From the NCBI GenBank assembly GCA_965199755.1, contig CBDASZ010000002.1, forward strand, positions 192,001 through 256,000: a stretch of DNA of 64,000 bases. Direction: 5' to 3'. The notes under the pieces were generated by a model. It was not told the DNA's origin, did no database searches, and saw only the letters and a list, made by a program, of their open reading frames with translations. Positions 49,400 through 59,336 of the stretch are shown here, piece after piece. This DNA comes from an uncultured candidatus Porisulfidus sp. Lineage in GTDB: Bacteria; Pseudomonadota; Gammaproteobacteria; Poriferisulfidales; Poriferisulfidaceae. A program made the translations under genes and the position numbers. The first letter of the stretch is position 1, and each line of letters opens with the position of its first letter.

Positions 49400-50908
49400 A
49401 TGAATACCCGCGCTCTTGCCGCCCTCCCGCTCGCCCTCCTCACGGCCTGCAGCACCCCGGACATCGCACCAGTCGAGGTGGCGCGCCCGGAACCTCTGGC
49501 GATCCCGGAGCCCACTGCCGCCGTGACCAATGCGCCGCGCCCGTTCGTGCGCGTGCGCCAGACGCCGGACCCGCGTCCCGGCCTCACCATCACCCTCAAT
49601 CTGCAGGAAGCCACGCTGGCGGAGTGTTTAAGTCGCGCCGACCCGCGTCTGAACGTGGTGCCCACCACCGCCGATGTGGACCTGACACGCCGCTACGACG
49701 TGCGCGTCAATGAACTCAGCATGTCTCAGTACCTGAAGTTTCTCGAAGGCATCACCGGCTACGCGCTGGAACTGGATTCCGAGGAGCACATCCTGCACGT
49801 GCTCGCCTATCTGGGTCGCTCCTGGGACGTCAGCACTTTCGCCGGACATGGACAGGCCCGAATGCAGGTCGGCGCATCCGTGTCCCTGAGTTCCGGCTCT
49901 GCTGGCGATGAGGAAGGAGGCGACGAAGGCGATAGCGCCGAGAACTCCGGCTCAGCCATCGTGACTTACGACCATCAGGACCTGCCCTGGGATGATCTGC
50001 TGCACAACGCCCGCGCGATTCTGGGGCTTGACAATGTCGCGCTCGGCCCCGACCACACCGGCCACAGTTGGCTGGTCGCCGATCGACGCCTCGGTCTGCT
50101 ACGCGCCTACGGCCCGGTCGCGCAGATCCAGCAACTTGACACCTGGCTGAACGAACAAATACGCCGCGGCGCGCGACAGGTGTTGCTGGCCGTCGCGATT
50201 CTGGATGTCACCCGCGAGAAAGGCGACAGCAGCGGACTGGATCTGGATCTGCTGTATCAACGCATGGATCGCTACGTGCAATTGCAGCGCACCACGCCCA
50301 ACAACCTGAGCTTCACTACGCCCGGCGGTGCCTGGCAAGTTAACGCGGCGCTGGAGTTCGGACGCTGGAGCCTGAATGCGATCGTGCATCAGTTATCGCA
50401 GCAAGGCACCGTCACGATTCGCAGCGATCCCATCTTCACTGTGATCAACGGCATGACCACCTTTCTCGCCGATGGAGAGGAAGTCAGTTTCATCGCCAAC
50501 ACTGATCTCAGTCTGGGCCAGAACAACAGCCAGCCCCTTTTGTCGACCGAGTTCGAGCACATCCGGGTCGGCTTTCGCATCGCCGTCACTCCGCGCATGC
50601 GCCAGGACGGCACCATTCTGGTCGAGGTGGTGCCGGTACTGTCCTCGATTCGCTCACAGACCAGTTTCGATACCGGCGTCTCCACCGTGGTGCGTCCGAA
50701 CATCGCGATTCAGGAAATGGCCACACTTGCGATCACCCGAAGCGGCAAGCCAATCCTGCTCGGCGGCCTGATCCAAAGCCGCATGCGCGAAGCCTCGCAT
50801 CGCCTGCCCTGCGACCACTTCCTGTGCGATGTGTTCGCTTCCGCTACGGTCGAACAAGGCAACCGAGAATTGATGATCGTTATCACGCCGATTGAGGTGG
50901 CCATCTGA
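49400..50908 (+). CDS. lipoprotein secretin (PilN/BfpB/MshL-like)
   Basis: Lipobox LLTAC; RQVLLAVAILDV, LSQQG, VGFRIAVTP, ILLGGLI, ELMIVITP. Confidence 0.88.
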   Translation: MNTRALAALPLALLTACSTPDIAPVEVARPEPLAIPEPTAAVTNAPRPFVRVRQTPDPRPGLTITLNLQEATLAECLSRADPRLNVVPTTADVDLTRRYDVRVNELSMSQYLKFLEGITGYALELDSEEHILHVLAYLGRSWDVSTFAGHGQARMQVGASVSLSSGSAGDEEGGDEGDSAENSGSAIVTYDHQDLPWDDLLHNARAILGLDNVALGPDHTGHSWLVADRRLGLLRAYGPVAQIQQLDTWLNEQIRRGARQVLLAVAILDVTREKGDSSGLDLDLLYQRMDRYVQLQRTTPNNLSFTTPGGAWQVNAALEFGRWSLNAIVHQLSQQGTVTIRSDPIFTVINGMTTFLADGEEVSFIANTDLSLGQNNSQPLLSTEFEHIRVGFRIAVTPRMRQDGTILVEVVPVLSSIRSQTSFDTGVSTVVRPNIAIQEMATLAITRSGKPILLGGLIQSRMREASHRLPCDHFLCDVFASATVEQGNRELMIVITPIEVAI

Positions 50909-51771
50909 TGATTCCGCTGCACACCCCGACCCGCATCGGCCCGATTGACGTCGTGCTGGTCGACGATCTGGTGCTGAGCCACATCGCGCCCAATCTGGAG
51001 AATCAGCTTATGTCCATCACCTCACCCGACAGCGAGTTGCCGCTTTATGTGGAGCGCAGTCAGGTCGAGACGCTGTCCGAACAACATCCGCACCTGCCTC
51101 TCTACGGCTTGTGGCAGGTCATGCTCGCCTCCCAATGTATCCCGTCAGATACCGGGCTGTACCAGATTCGCACCAATCATCCATCACACCCGAAACGCTA
51201 TTTGATGCGCGAGGAGAACGGGGCCTACAGCGGCTGGGTTACGGAAGACAGCCTGATCGACACCGCCATGGCACAGCAGGATGCGCCTGAACCGGTCACG
51301 CTGGAACTGGAGATGGCCGCCTTGCGGCTGCCGTCCCAGCCGATTCAGACCCTGCGCCAGCAACACGCCCAGCAACGCCGTGCCTGGCGTCAAAGCATGA
51401 TGCTGCTCGGCTTCATCGTGTTGACGGGAACTTTCGCCGGGGTCGCTGCCGACCGGGTGCTGCATCATCGCCACACCGCGCATCTGAATCAGGCCACGGC
51501 ACTGCAGGAACAGGCGGCGGCGCTGCAAGGCACGCTGCAGCAACTGAACCGACAAGGACGCATCGAGGTCTTCGAGCAAAGCCGCCAGCTGGAGCAACTG
51601 ATCCTGCTGGCGCGGCACACACAGTCGGTTGAAGTGCCGCAAACTTCCCTGCTCTCCGCAGAGCGTATGCACGCCATCATTCGTGCGCCGCGAGCCCCGG
51701 AAGCTCCTCCGGGAATTCCGATTCACAGCGCTATTCATCAGCCCGATGCCTCGCTTCATGTCCGCTGGTAA
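50908..51771 (+). CDS. pilus accessory membrane protein (alignment-complex-like)
   Basis: Cytoplasmic domain, one TM helix, coiled coil; translationally coupled to the secretin. Confidence 0.65.
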   Translation: MIPLHTPTRIGPIDVVLVDDLVLSHIAPNLENQLMSITSPDSELPLYVERSQVETLSEQHPHLPLYGLWQVMLASQCIPSDTGLYQIRTNHPSHPKRYLMREENGAYSGWVTEDSLIDTAMAQQDAPEPVTLELEMAALRLPSQPIQTLRQQHAQQRRAWRQSMMLLGFIVLTGTFAGVAADRVLHHRHTAHLNQATALQEQAAALQGTLQQLNRQGRIEVFEQSRQLEQLILLARHTQSVEVPQTSLLSAERMHAIIRAPRAPEAPPGIPIHSAIHQPDASLHVRW

Positions 51772-52255
51772 CGCATGGCCGCGGCGCATGCTGGTGGTAC
51801 TGATTGCTGTCATAAGTTCCGGTAGCATCAGCGCCGGGGTGCTGGTACGTGATGCCGCGCGAGAAAGTGTGAATCTGGACGGGCTTGCGGCGCACGTCTC
51901 ACGGTTGCAGCAACGGCATGAACGGCTGCAGCAAATGCCGCCGAGTCAACCCATCCACTGGCAGATCCACCGCCTGCGGGCGCTGGCCCAGACGCTCCCG
52001 GACATCACCGCGTTTCAGGTCGTGGCCGCGGACCCTGACACCTACTCGCCAGAACTGGCCGAGCATATCGGTCAATTCGGCGGAACCGTCTGGAAGATTG
52101 CCGCGAAAGGCTCCCTGCTGTCGCTGGCGTCACTGTGCCGCACATCACACCATGAAATTCCACTGATTGTGGACTCAGTGCACGCCAACAATGGCACCGC
52201 GCATGTACTCCTTTACGTGCTCGGTGCACCTGCCGATCCGGCGGAGAATATCTGA
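51758..52255 (+). CDS. pilus accessory membrane protein
   Basis: N-terminal TM helix plus coiled coil; overlaps both neighbours. Confidence 0.6.
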   Translation: MSAGNAWPRRMLVVLIAVISSGSISAGVLVRDAARESVNLDGLAAHVSRLQQRHERLQQMPPSQPIHWQIHRLRALAQTLPDITAFQVVAADPDTYSPELAEHIGQFGGTVWKIAAKGSLLSLASLCRTSHHEIPLIVDSVHANNGTAHVLLYVLGAPADPAENI

Positions 52256-52722
52256 TGCGCACGGCCTTGACTCTACTTTTGCTGCTAGCCGGAAGCGCTC
52301 TGGCAAACGGCCTGCCCAAACAGCCGGACGCCGCGCGCATCCTGCACGAGGCGGAAGCCCATCTGCGCAAACTGCAGCGCCTGAACGAGGCCGATACCCT
52401 GCTTGATGTACAGTTGAAGATCGCCAAGAAACTGGCGGAATGCCAGCAAACCGGCTATTCGTGTGCCACACTCGAAGGGCCTCACACCGCGCCGGAGACG
52501 GCACCGAACACCAGCGCGGCCACTTCCCCCTACGCCCTGCCGCAACTACTCGCCACCTATCAGGGCCGCGCGCAAATTCGCACCAGTGACGGCCGCTTGC
52601 TGGAAATACAACCCGGAACGCAACTTGGCCCGTGGACCGTCCGGCAGATCGCCGTGGACTTCATCTCCCTGCGCAACACCGCCGGAGAACAGTTGCGCCT
52701 GCCGCTGGAGCGCCAGCCATGA
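52255..52722 (+). CDS. PilP-like periplasmic pilus protein
   Basis: Signal peptide, coiled coil, C-terminal LPQL...G.A......G..L.I.PG..LG.W.V..I beta domain. Confidence 0.6.
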   Translation: MRTALTLLLLLAGSALANGLPKQPDAARILHEAEAHLRKLQRLNEADTLLDVQLKIAKKLAECQQTGYSCATLEGPHTAPETAPNTSAATSPYALPQLLATYQGRAQIRTSDGRLLEIQPGTQLGPWTVRQIAVDFISLRNTAGEQLRLPLERQP

Positions 52723-54425
52723 GCTCGCTGCCGCAACGCACCCGCACACAGTTCGAGGCGGTCCGTCAAGCCTTGATCGTCGCCGGCGCGCTGCCGTCCA
52801 ATGCCTTGCAACTCAGCTGCCCGGATACCGCTGATGCCATCATTCCGCGCCTGCTGCGCACCGGGGCCGATGCCGAATCGATCAGTCTGGCGCTATCAAC
52901 CGTGTTCGGACTACCGCTGTATGTGGAAGGCGTGCATGGCGCTTTGGAATATGCCGAGCATGAGACGGTGGGCTGGGCCGACGGGCGCATCTTTGTGTCG
53001 GACCCGTTCGCCTGTGAGGTGCTGATTCGCAACCCGCAACTCGCGCTGCCCGAAGAATGGCTGCGCCATTATCAAGGTGATATTGGACTGCTGCCCATCC
53101 CGGCGCACACCCACACTCTGGAGGCGCACGAAGCATCATCCTCACATGAGGCCGAGCGCATCCTGAATGAATGGATCGAACTGGCCATCGAGCATCGCGC
53201 CAGCGACATTCATATCACGCCGCGCGACAACGATTCCGTAGAAATCAAGATTCGGCGCAATGGCATGCTGCAGACCGTGCGCGAAGAGCGCATGACGATG
53301 TCGGAGAAATGCAACTACCGGCTGATTTCCAATACCTTGCTAAGCCTGTCCGGCAACCAGCATGGCGTCTACAATACCCCGCGGGACGGCAATATGGAAT
53401 TGCCGCTGCGCGGCCGCCTGTTTTTCATTCGCGTCAATATGTCGCCGGTCACCATCGGGCGGCGCATCTGGGGATCCTTCACGCTGCGCATCGTCGGCGG
53501 CTACCAGCACACCGTGCAGACGCTGGAGCAACTGGCACTGCCGCCGACCTATGTCCGCAACCTACACCGCGTCGCCGAGCGCAACAGCGGACTGTTTCTG
53601 CTGACCGGCCCCACCGGTTCCGGCAAGACCACCACGTTTTACGCGGTGATCATGGAGATTCTGCGGCGCACCAAAAATCAGGTGTCGGTCAAAACGCTGG
53701 AAGATCCGATCGAAGTGCAGGTGCCGGGGATTGACCAGATCCAGATCAATTCTGACATCGGCATGAGTTACGCCGCCGGACTGCGCGCCTTGCTGCGGGC
53801 CGACCCAGACGTCATCCTGATCGGGGAGATTCGAGACGAGGAAACCGCCGCGCTGGCCGCCCGCGCCAGTCTGACCGGGCATCTGGTGCTGTCGACGCTG
53901 CACACCCAAAACAGCCTCGGTGCCATCGATCGCCTGCGCAATCTTGGCGTCAGCTCGCACCTGATCGCCGACACCCTCACCGCGGTCGGCGCGCAACGCC
54001 TGGCGCGTCAGGTGTGCCCGTCCTGTGTGCGCCATGGTCGCGACACGGCCAGCGAAGACGCCTGTCAGCGGCTGAGCCTGCCGTATCACCAGTCCTGGCC
54101 GCTGGCGAACCCGGACGGTTGCGAGCAGTGCGCTTACAGCGGGTACCGCGGCCGCGCCTGCCTCTCTGAAACCCTGAACATCACACCCACGCTGGCCGAT
54201 GGCATCAACCGCGGCGACAGTCTGCGCGACCTGTATGAGGCCGCAACTGATGAGGGCTTTGAGGATTTCTGGACCCAGGCCGAACAGCAAGTGCGTGACG
54301 GACACACCAGCTGGGCGGAATGTCTGCGTGTGCTGCCCGGTCGCTTTCGCGAAACAGTCACCCCCGCGACATCCAGTCGCACCCTTCCCTTCCCTTTTCA
54401 AATTATGGAGAACCAAGCCGTATGA
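52719..54425 (+). CDS. GspE/PilB family extension ATPase
   Basis: ASDIHI, GPTGSGKT, TLEDPIE, LIGEIRD, TGHLVLSTLH, CPSC...CEQC. Confidence 0.94.
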   Translation: MSSLPQRTRTQFEAVRQALIVAGALPSNALQLSCPDTADAIIPRLLRTGADAESISLALSTVFGLPLYVEGVHGALEYAEHETVGWADGRIFVSDPFACEVLIRNPQLALPEEWLRHYQGDIGLLPIPAHTHTLEAHEASSSHEAERILNEWIELAIEHRASDIHITPRDNDSVEIKIRRNGMLQTVREERMTMSEKCNYRLISNTLLSLSGNQHGVYNTPRDGNMELPLRGRLFFIRVNMSPVTIGRRIWGSFTLRIVGGYQHTVQTLEQLALPPTYVRNLHRVAERNSGLFLLTGPTGSGKTTTFYAVIMEILRRTKNQVSVKTLEDPIEVQVPGIDQIQINSDIGMSYAAGLRALLRADPDVILIGEIRDEETAALAARASLTGHLVLSTLHTQNSLGAIDRLRNLGVSSHLIADTLTAVGAQRLARQVCPSCVRHGRDTASEDACQRLSLPYHQSWPLANPDGCEQCAYSGYRGRACLSETLNITPTLADGINRGDSLRDLYEAATDEGFEDFWTQAEQQVRDGHTSWAECLRVLPGRFRETVTPATSSRTLPFPFQIMENQAV

Positions 54426-54886
54426 CTTATCCCACTTCTCAGCGCCGGCGCTCGCAGACCGGTTTCACCCTGCCGGAAATTCTCGCCGTGATTGCGCTGC
54501 TCAGTGTCCTGATCTCGGTCATCACCACGAATTTTGGCAATGCCTCCCGGGATTTGACGCTCACCAGTAGCAAGGACACGCTGCTGAATGACATTCCCGC
54601 CGCCATGATGTCCTATCGCGCCATCAACGGCAGCCTCACTGGCCTGACCAAGTCCGACATCACCGACACCGGCGTGCCAGCATCCAGCCCTGATGGCGAT
54701 GCCTGGACAGTCGGCACTGTCAACACCCGCAGTGCCGTTATCAACTGGCTGTTGTCCAACGCGGACAATCCTGATGATTTCGCCAATGACCTGACGGCCA
54801 GCCTGACGACAAACGGTTCAACCATTTCCGCCTCCACCTACACCAGCAGCAGTAAAACGCTGGCGGTGACCTACGCGATCCCCTGA
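54422..54886 (+). CDS. type IV prepilin (likely major pilin)
   Basis: RRRSQTG|FTLPE class III signal; Ser/Thr-rich head with no Cys. Confidence 0.85.
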   Translation: MTYPTSQRRRSQTGFTLPEILAVIALLSVLISVITTNFGNASRDLTLTSSKDTLLNDIPAAMMSYRAINGSLTGLTKSDITDTGVPASSPDGDAWTVGTVNTRSAVINWLLSNADNPDDFANDLTASLTTNGSTISASTYTSSSKTLAVTYAIP

Positions 54887-54888
54887 GC

Positions 54889-56034
54889 ATGACGCTGTAT
54901 TCCGTCCGCATTCTGTCGCCCTCCGGCAATACCGCCACACTGGCCATCGACGCGCACAGTGTGGAGGCGGTGCGCCAGCATCCCACGCTGGCGCGCCAAC
55001 AGATCGTATCGGTGCGGCGGCACTGGCAGGAATGGCTCGGACTGCGCCGCACCGACCCGAACGAACAGCGCCTGCTGTTGATGCGCATGGCCAGTCAGTT
55101 GATGCGCGGGCGGCTCAGTGCCACCGACCTTGAACAGATCATTGACCGGCTGCCAAGCCTGAGGCGCAACCGGCGGGCGCGCCCGAAGTACAGCCTAACC
55201 GGACTCGCGCCGCATGAAATCCTGTTGCACCTGAACTGTCACCCGTTCGCTATCGCGCTGTGTCGGGAAGGCGAGCAACTCGGTCAGGTGCCCGAACTGC
55301 TGCTGCAAGGCGCACAATTCCTGGAACAGCAGCGCCACATCAAAAAGCAACTGCACGGCCCACTGTTTAAGTCCTGTCTGTATCTCGGCACCACCCTAGG
55401 ATTGCTGATCGTGACCCCGCTGTTGTTCCAGACGCTGCTCGACAACCTCGCGACACGCGTTGTCATTCAGACCAATCTCGCCACCGAGATTCTGAGCGGA
55501 CTCAACATGGCGCTGACCGACTTCCTGCCATTGACGCTGGCCGCGCTGGTGGCGATGGTGGCGCTGGGCCGGACTGGATGGGTACAACTACGGCGCTGGC
55601 CGGTGGTGCAGGATTTCGACGGTCTGATCCGCGCGCGGCGCGCTTCGGTGTTGTTGTCAGTATTGATCCCGTCCTTTCGCAAGGGCGTGCATCTGGCGGA
55701 CCTAATGCGCTCTTTAAGTCCGCTGTTGGGCCGGCGCGCAAGCCACTATCTGTACACCCAGTTGAATACCGGACATCGCCTGTCGCAAAGTCTCACCGAG
55801 ACCTACTTCAGCGAAACTCTGGTAGTCGGTCTCAGCCAGTTTGAAGACGTCCCGGACACCCGGCTGCCGACCGTGTTCGACACCGTGAAATCCAATCTTG
55901 AGGAAGAAATCAGCTGGCGGCTGGAGCGCATCGTGCGCGTGATGCAATGGCTGTACATGGGCTTGCTGATGGGGCTGTTGCTGCTTTTGATTCAGGGCTT
56001 TTTAGTGCCCCTGTACTCCATTAGCGTGACATGA
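54889..56034 (+). CDS. GspF/PilC-like platform protein (divergent)
   Basis: GEQLG motif, three-TM layout, C-terminal FLVPLYS. Confidence 0.75.
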   Translation: MTLYSVRILSPSGNTATLAIDAHSVEAVRQHPTLARQQIVSVRRHWQEWLGLRRTDPNEQRLLLMRMASQLMRGRLSATDLEQIIDRLPSLRRNRRARPKYSLTGLAPHEILLHLNCHPFAIALCREGEQLGQVPELLLQGAQFLEQQRHIKKQLHGPLFKSCLYLGTTLGLLIVTPLLFQTLLDNLATRVVIQTNLATEILSGLNMALTDFLPLTLAALVAMVALGRTGWVQLRRWPVVQDFDGLIRARRASVLLSVLIPSFRKGVHLADLMRSLSPLLGRRASHYLYTQLNTGHRLSQSLTETYFSETLVVGLSQFEDVPDTRLPTVFDTVKSNLEEEISWRLERIVRVMQWLYMGLLMGLLLLLIQGFLVPLYSISVT

Positions 56035-56270
56035 AGCACCCCTCGCAACGCGGCTTCACGCTGCCGGAGATGATCGGGGTCATCTCGCTGGTCGCGATTA
56101 TGCTAGGCCTGTTCGCCAGCGCCGCCACTTCGCGATGGGTCGCCGTGCAAGCGCGCATCGATCAGCGGGCAGTGGTCGAAAGTACCGCCACAGTGCAGCG
56201 CGGTGATCTGCGCATTCCCCTGTGGCGCGCAATGGAATTGCGCCGGCAACACGAGGCGGAAAACCCATGA
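56031..56270 (+). CDS. minimal prepilin (79 aa)
   Basis: SQRG|FTLPE; ATGA coupled on both sides. Confidence 0.78.
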   Translation: MKHPSQRGFTLPEMIGVISLVAIMLGLFASAATSRWVAVQARIDQRAVVESTATVQRGDLRIPLWRAMELRRQHEAENP

Positions 56271-57139
56271 TGCAACGGAGAATACCCGCCGCGCGCCAGC
56301 GCGGCTTCAGTCTGCTGGAACTGGCCATCAGCATCCTGCTGTTCTCCATGCTCATCGGCAGCGTGCAGTTGAGTTTCACCCGACGCATGTCGCAAGAACT
56401 GCAACTGGATCAGGCGGAACAAGCGGCCGGGCAGATGTATCGGCTGGCGAACGCGGCGCAGCACTATGAGATTCAGAATGGCGAATGGCCGGACGAACTG
56501 ATGCAGTGCGTGGGGGCCTGGACGGTGCTCGAAAGCGACGGGTTGCTGAACACCACGGGGATGACTTCGCCATATCAGGACGCTCAGGGACGGGTTCAGA
56601 AATACACAACAGCCTGTGTGCAACCGACCCATTTCCGCGTCTCGATCACCACCGAAAGTGTGGATCACGCCGCGCGGCTTGCGCAGAAAATTCCCACCGC
56701 CACCACCGTCAACCGCAGAGTGGTGGTGCGTTATCCTCGAGCGGCCGCGGTTGGCAACGACGGCGACTTTCTGCCGCTGGACGGCTCGGCACGCCCCACC
56801 GACACGCTGGACTTCGGCAATCAGTACGTGTTCGGCGTCAAGGACATTCTGGCGACCAGCGGGCAGACCCTGCTCAATTCGGTGCAGCACGTCACCACCG
56901 CGAGGCCCGGCGACAAGATCACCAAGCCGGCCTGTCCGGGCCAGATGCAGCCGCATATTTTCACCGCGCTCAATCGGGTGCAAACCTCCAGCGGGCGGCC
57001 GCTGCACGCCATTCAGTTGCCGGCGGAGGACAACGGCGACAGCTGGACTGTGGACGCGGTAGTCACCGGCTCAGGCGGTGATGAAACGGTTTCTTCTAGT
57101 GATGCAAGCATCACTGTTTTCGTTAAATGCTCTTACTAA
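56267..57139 (+). CDS. PilV-like minor/tip pilin
   Basis: RQRG|FSLLE; LANAAQHY; KPACP motif and terminal Cys (VKCSY). Confidence 0.78.
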   Translation: MMQRRIPAARQRGFSLLELAISILLFSMLIGSVQLSFTRRMSQELQLDQAEQAAGQMYRLANAAQHYEIQNGEWPDELMQCVGAWTVLESDGLLNTTGMTSPYQDAQGRVQKYTTACVQPTHFRVSITTESVDHAARLAQKIPTATTVNRRVVVRYPRAAAVGNDGDFLPLDGSARPTDTLDFGNQYVFGVKDILATSGQTLLNSVQHVTTARPGDKITKPACPGQMQPHIFTALNRVQTSSGRPLHAIQLPAEDNGDSWTVDAVVTGSGGDETVSSSDASITVFVKCSY

Positions 57140-57156
57140 AAGGAGAATGATTCACT

Positions 57157-57558
57157 ATGAAAGAACTGACTATTGCTCTGGTGTTACTCGCCGGCTTCCT
57201 CGGCATCACGCAAACGGCTTTGGCCGCACAGCCGCTGACGTACGCGCAGTGCATCCGCATGGAACTCACCGACAACGCCTGTCATCGGCGCATCGCCTCG
57301 GCCGGCGGCACCTCCCGGTCCGCGCCACGAACCGCTCAGGACGTCATGGTTGTGGAGGAGCCTGACCCAGATTCAAACGAAAACACCGAGCCAGTGATCG
57401 TCATCAAGGACCCGGACGGGAAAACCGCCAAGGATCGGTGGTACGATCAATATGTTCTGTACGCCCGTGACTATGGCGCGAGAGTGGAGCCCAAAAGCGT
57501 CGCGCTTCGGTACTACCCGAACTATCCGCCGATGCGACCCGCTTACGGCTTTCGCTGA
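57157..57558 (+). CDS. secreted hypothetical protein
   Basis: Signal peptide ending TALA; one Cys pair; follows the tip pilin. Confidence 0.7.
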   Translation: MKELTIALVLLAGFLGITQTALAAQPLTYAQCIRMELTDNACHRRIASAGGTSRSAPRTAQDVMVVEEPDPDSNENTEPVIVIKDPDGKTAKDRWYDQYVLYARDYGARVEPKSVALRYYPNYPPMRPAYGFR

Positions 57559-57627
57559 ACAGCGCTTGTGACCCTAGGGACGCCTGGGTCAGCGCCACAC
57601 GGGCTCCGGCACCCCACCATATCTGAA

Positions 57628-58722
57628 CTAGACGTTGAAACGAAAGTGGATGACGTCGGCTTCCTGCACTTCGTACTCGCGCCCCTCCGTGCGGCATTTG
57701 CCAGCACCGCGCGCACCAGCTTCACCGCCGCAGTCCACATAATCTTCATAGCCGATCACTTCCGCGCAAATAAAGCCGCGCCCGAAGTCCGTATGAATCA
57801 GGCCGGCCGCCGCCGGTGCCAGAGTGCCGCGGCGCACCGTCCACGCTCGCGCCTCTTTGGGGCCAACCGTGAAGAACGTCATGCAGTCCAGCAGTTGATA
57901 GCCGGCGCGCACCACCCGATCCAGACCCGGCTCGGACAGTCCCAGTTCCTGCAAGAAACTCTGACGACTCGGCGTGTCGAGTTGCGCGATTTCCGCCTCT
58001 AACGCCGCGCACACCACCAGCACTTCGGCGCGAACGTCGCGCAGATGCGCACACAGGCGCGAGACCATTTCTGATTCTTCGGCAAGCCCCGCCTCATCCA
58101 CGTTGGCCACATACATCATCGGCTTGGCGCTCAGCAAACAGAGTTCTGCGATGTGTTCGGCTTGCGTCTCATCAAGGGACTGCGCACGCACCGCGATGCC
58201 ATCATCCACGCCTTGCGCCACCGCCTCCAGTGTGCGCAGTACGGCCTGCGCTTCCTTCGCATTGATTTTCAGCTGTCGGCGCACCCGTTCCAACGCCCGC
58301 TCCAGCGTGCCGAGATCCGCGAGTAGCAATTCGGTCTGGATGATCTCACAATCGCGCACCGGGTCCACCGTGCCGGCGACATGCGTGACGTCATCCGCCT
58401 CAAAACAGCGCACCACCTGGGCGATCGCATCCGCCTCGCGGATATGCGCCAGAAACTTGTTGCCCAGCCCTTCGCCCTGCGCCGCGCCACTCACCAGACC
58501 GGCAATATCCACAAATTCAACAGTGGCCGGCAGCTGCTGCTCGGAATGCGCCAGCGCCGCCAGTTCCCCAAGGCGCGTATCCGGCACCGGCACCACGCCA
58601 ATATTCGGCTCAATCGTGCAAAACGGATAATTCTGCGCCGCCGCCTCACTGCAGGTCAGCGCATTAAACAACGTGGACTTGCCGACATTGGGCAGTCCCA
58701 CAATGCCGCATTTCAGGCTCAT
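57628..58722 (-). CDS. ychF: redox-regulated ATPase YchF
   Basis: GIVGLPNVGKST, NYPFCTIEPN, DIAGL, HFRFNV. Confidence 0.97.
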   Translation of the reverse strand: MSLKCGIVGLPNVGKSTLFNALTCSEAAAQNYPFCTIEPNIGVVPVPDTRLGELAALAHSEQQLPATVEFVDIAGLVSGAAQGEGLGNKFLAHIREADAIAQVVRCFEADDVTHVAGTVDPVRDCEIIQTELLLADLGTLERALERVRRQLKINAKEAQAVLRTLEAVAQGVDDGIAVRAQSLDETQAEHIAELCLLSAKPMMYVANVDEAGLAEESEMVSRLCAHLRDVRAEVLVVCAALEAEIAQLDTPSRQSFLQELGLSEPGLDRVVRAGYQLLDCMTFFTVGPKEARAWTVRRGTLAPAAAGLIHTDFGRGFICAEVIGYEDYVDCGGEAGARGAGKCRTEGREYEVQEADVIHFRFNV

Positions 58723-59321
58723 TCGGGAGGTTTGCTAGCCGGGTGCAGTACATTCATGACGGCCTGAAAGTCTCCAGCGCGCAGCGCATCGAGATGCCGC
58801 AGCGAATCCGCGATGAGCGTCTGCATCCGCTCATATTCAGCGAGCGGCAGCGGGTGCAGCACGTAATCCGTCACCTGCGAAGCCTCACCGGGATGCCCGA
58901 CACCGACCTTCAGTCGCCAGAACTCGGCTCCGGCATGCTGCTGCAGATCGCGAATGCCGTTATGACCGCCATGGCCGCCGCCGAACTTCAGCCGCATACT
59001 ACCCTCCGGCAGATCAATGTCATCCTGCACCACCAGCAAGGCGGATTCGGGTAATCGGTAATAGCGACAGGCCGCCGCAATGGGCAGGCCGCTGACATTG
59101 ACGTAGGTGTTCGGGCGCAACAGGCGCAAGGTGGAGCCGTCGGCTGCGGTATGCGCCGCCACCTCAGCCTGGAAGGAGGACGCGGTCTTGAAAGAGGCCC
59201 CCAGATGCGCCGCCAGCGCATCCACAAACCAGAAGCCTACGTTGTGTCGGGTGCGGGCGTATTTCTCGCCAGGATTGCCCAGCCCCGCGATCACCCGGAT
59301 CGCCTCAGGAGAATCAGCCAT
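58719..59321 (-). CDS. pth: peptidyl-tRNA hydrolase
   Basis: GLGNPG, TRHNVG, GGHNG. Confidence 0.96.
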   Translation of the reverse strand: MADSPEAIRVIAGLGNPGEKYARTRHNVGFWFVDALAAHLGASFKTASSFQAEVAAHTAADGSTLRLLRPNTYVNVSGLPIAAACRYYRLPESALLVVQDDIDLPEGSMRLKFGGGHGGHNGIRDLQQHAGAEFWRLKVGVGHPGEASQVTDYVLHPLPLAEYERMQTLIADSLRHLDALRAGDFQAVMNVLHPASKPPE

Positions 59322-59336
59322 GGGCAGGGCTTGGAA

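Noticed and set aside
57139-57628. Shufflon downstream of the PilV-like gene
   Set aside because: No inverted sfx-like repeats, alternative C-terminal cassettes or recombinase seen
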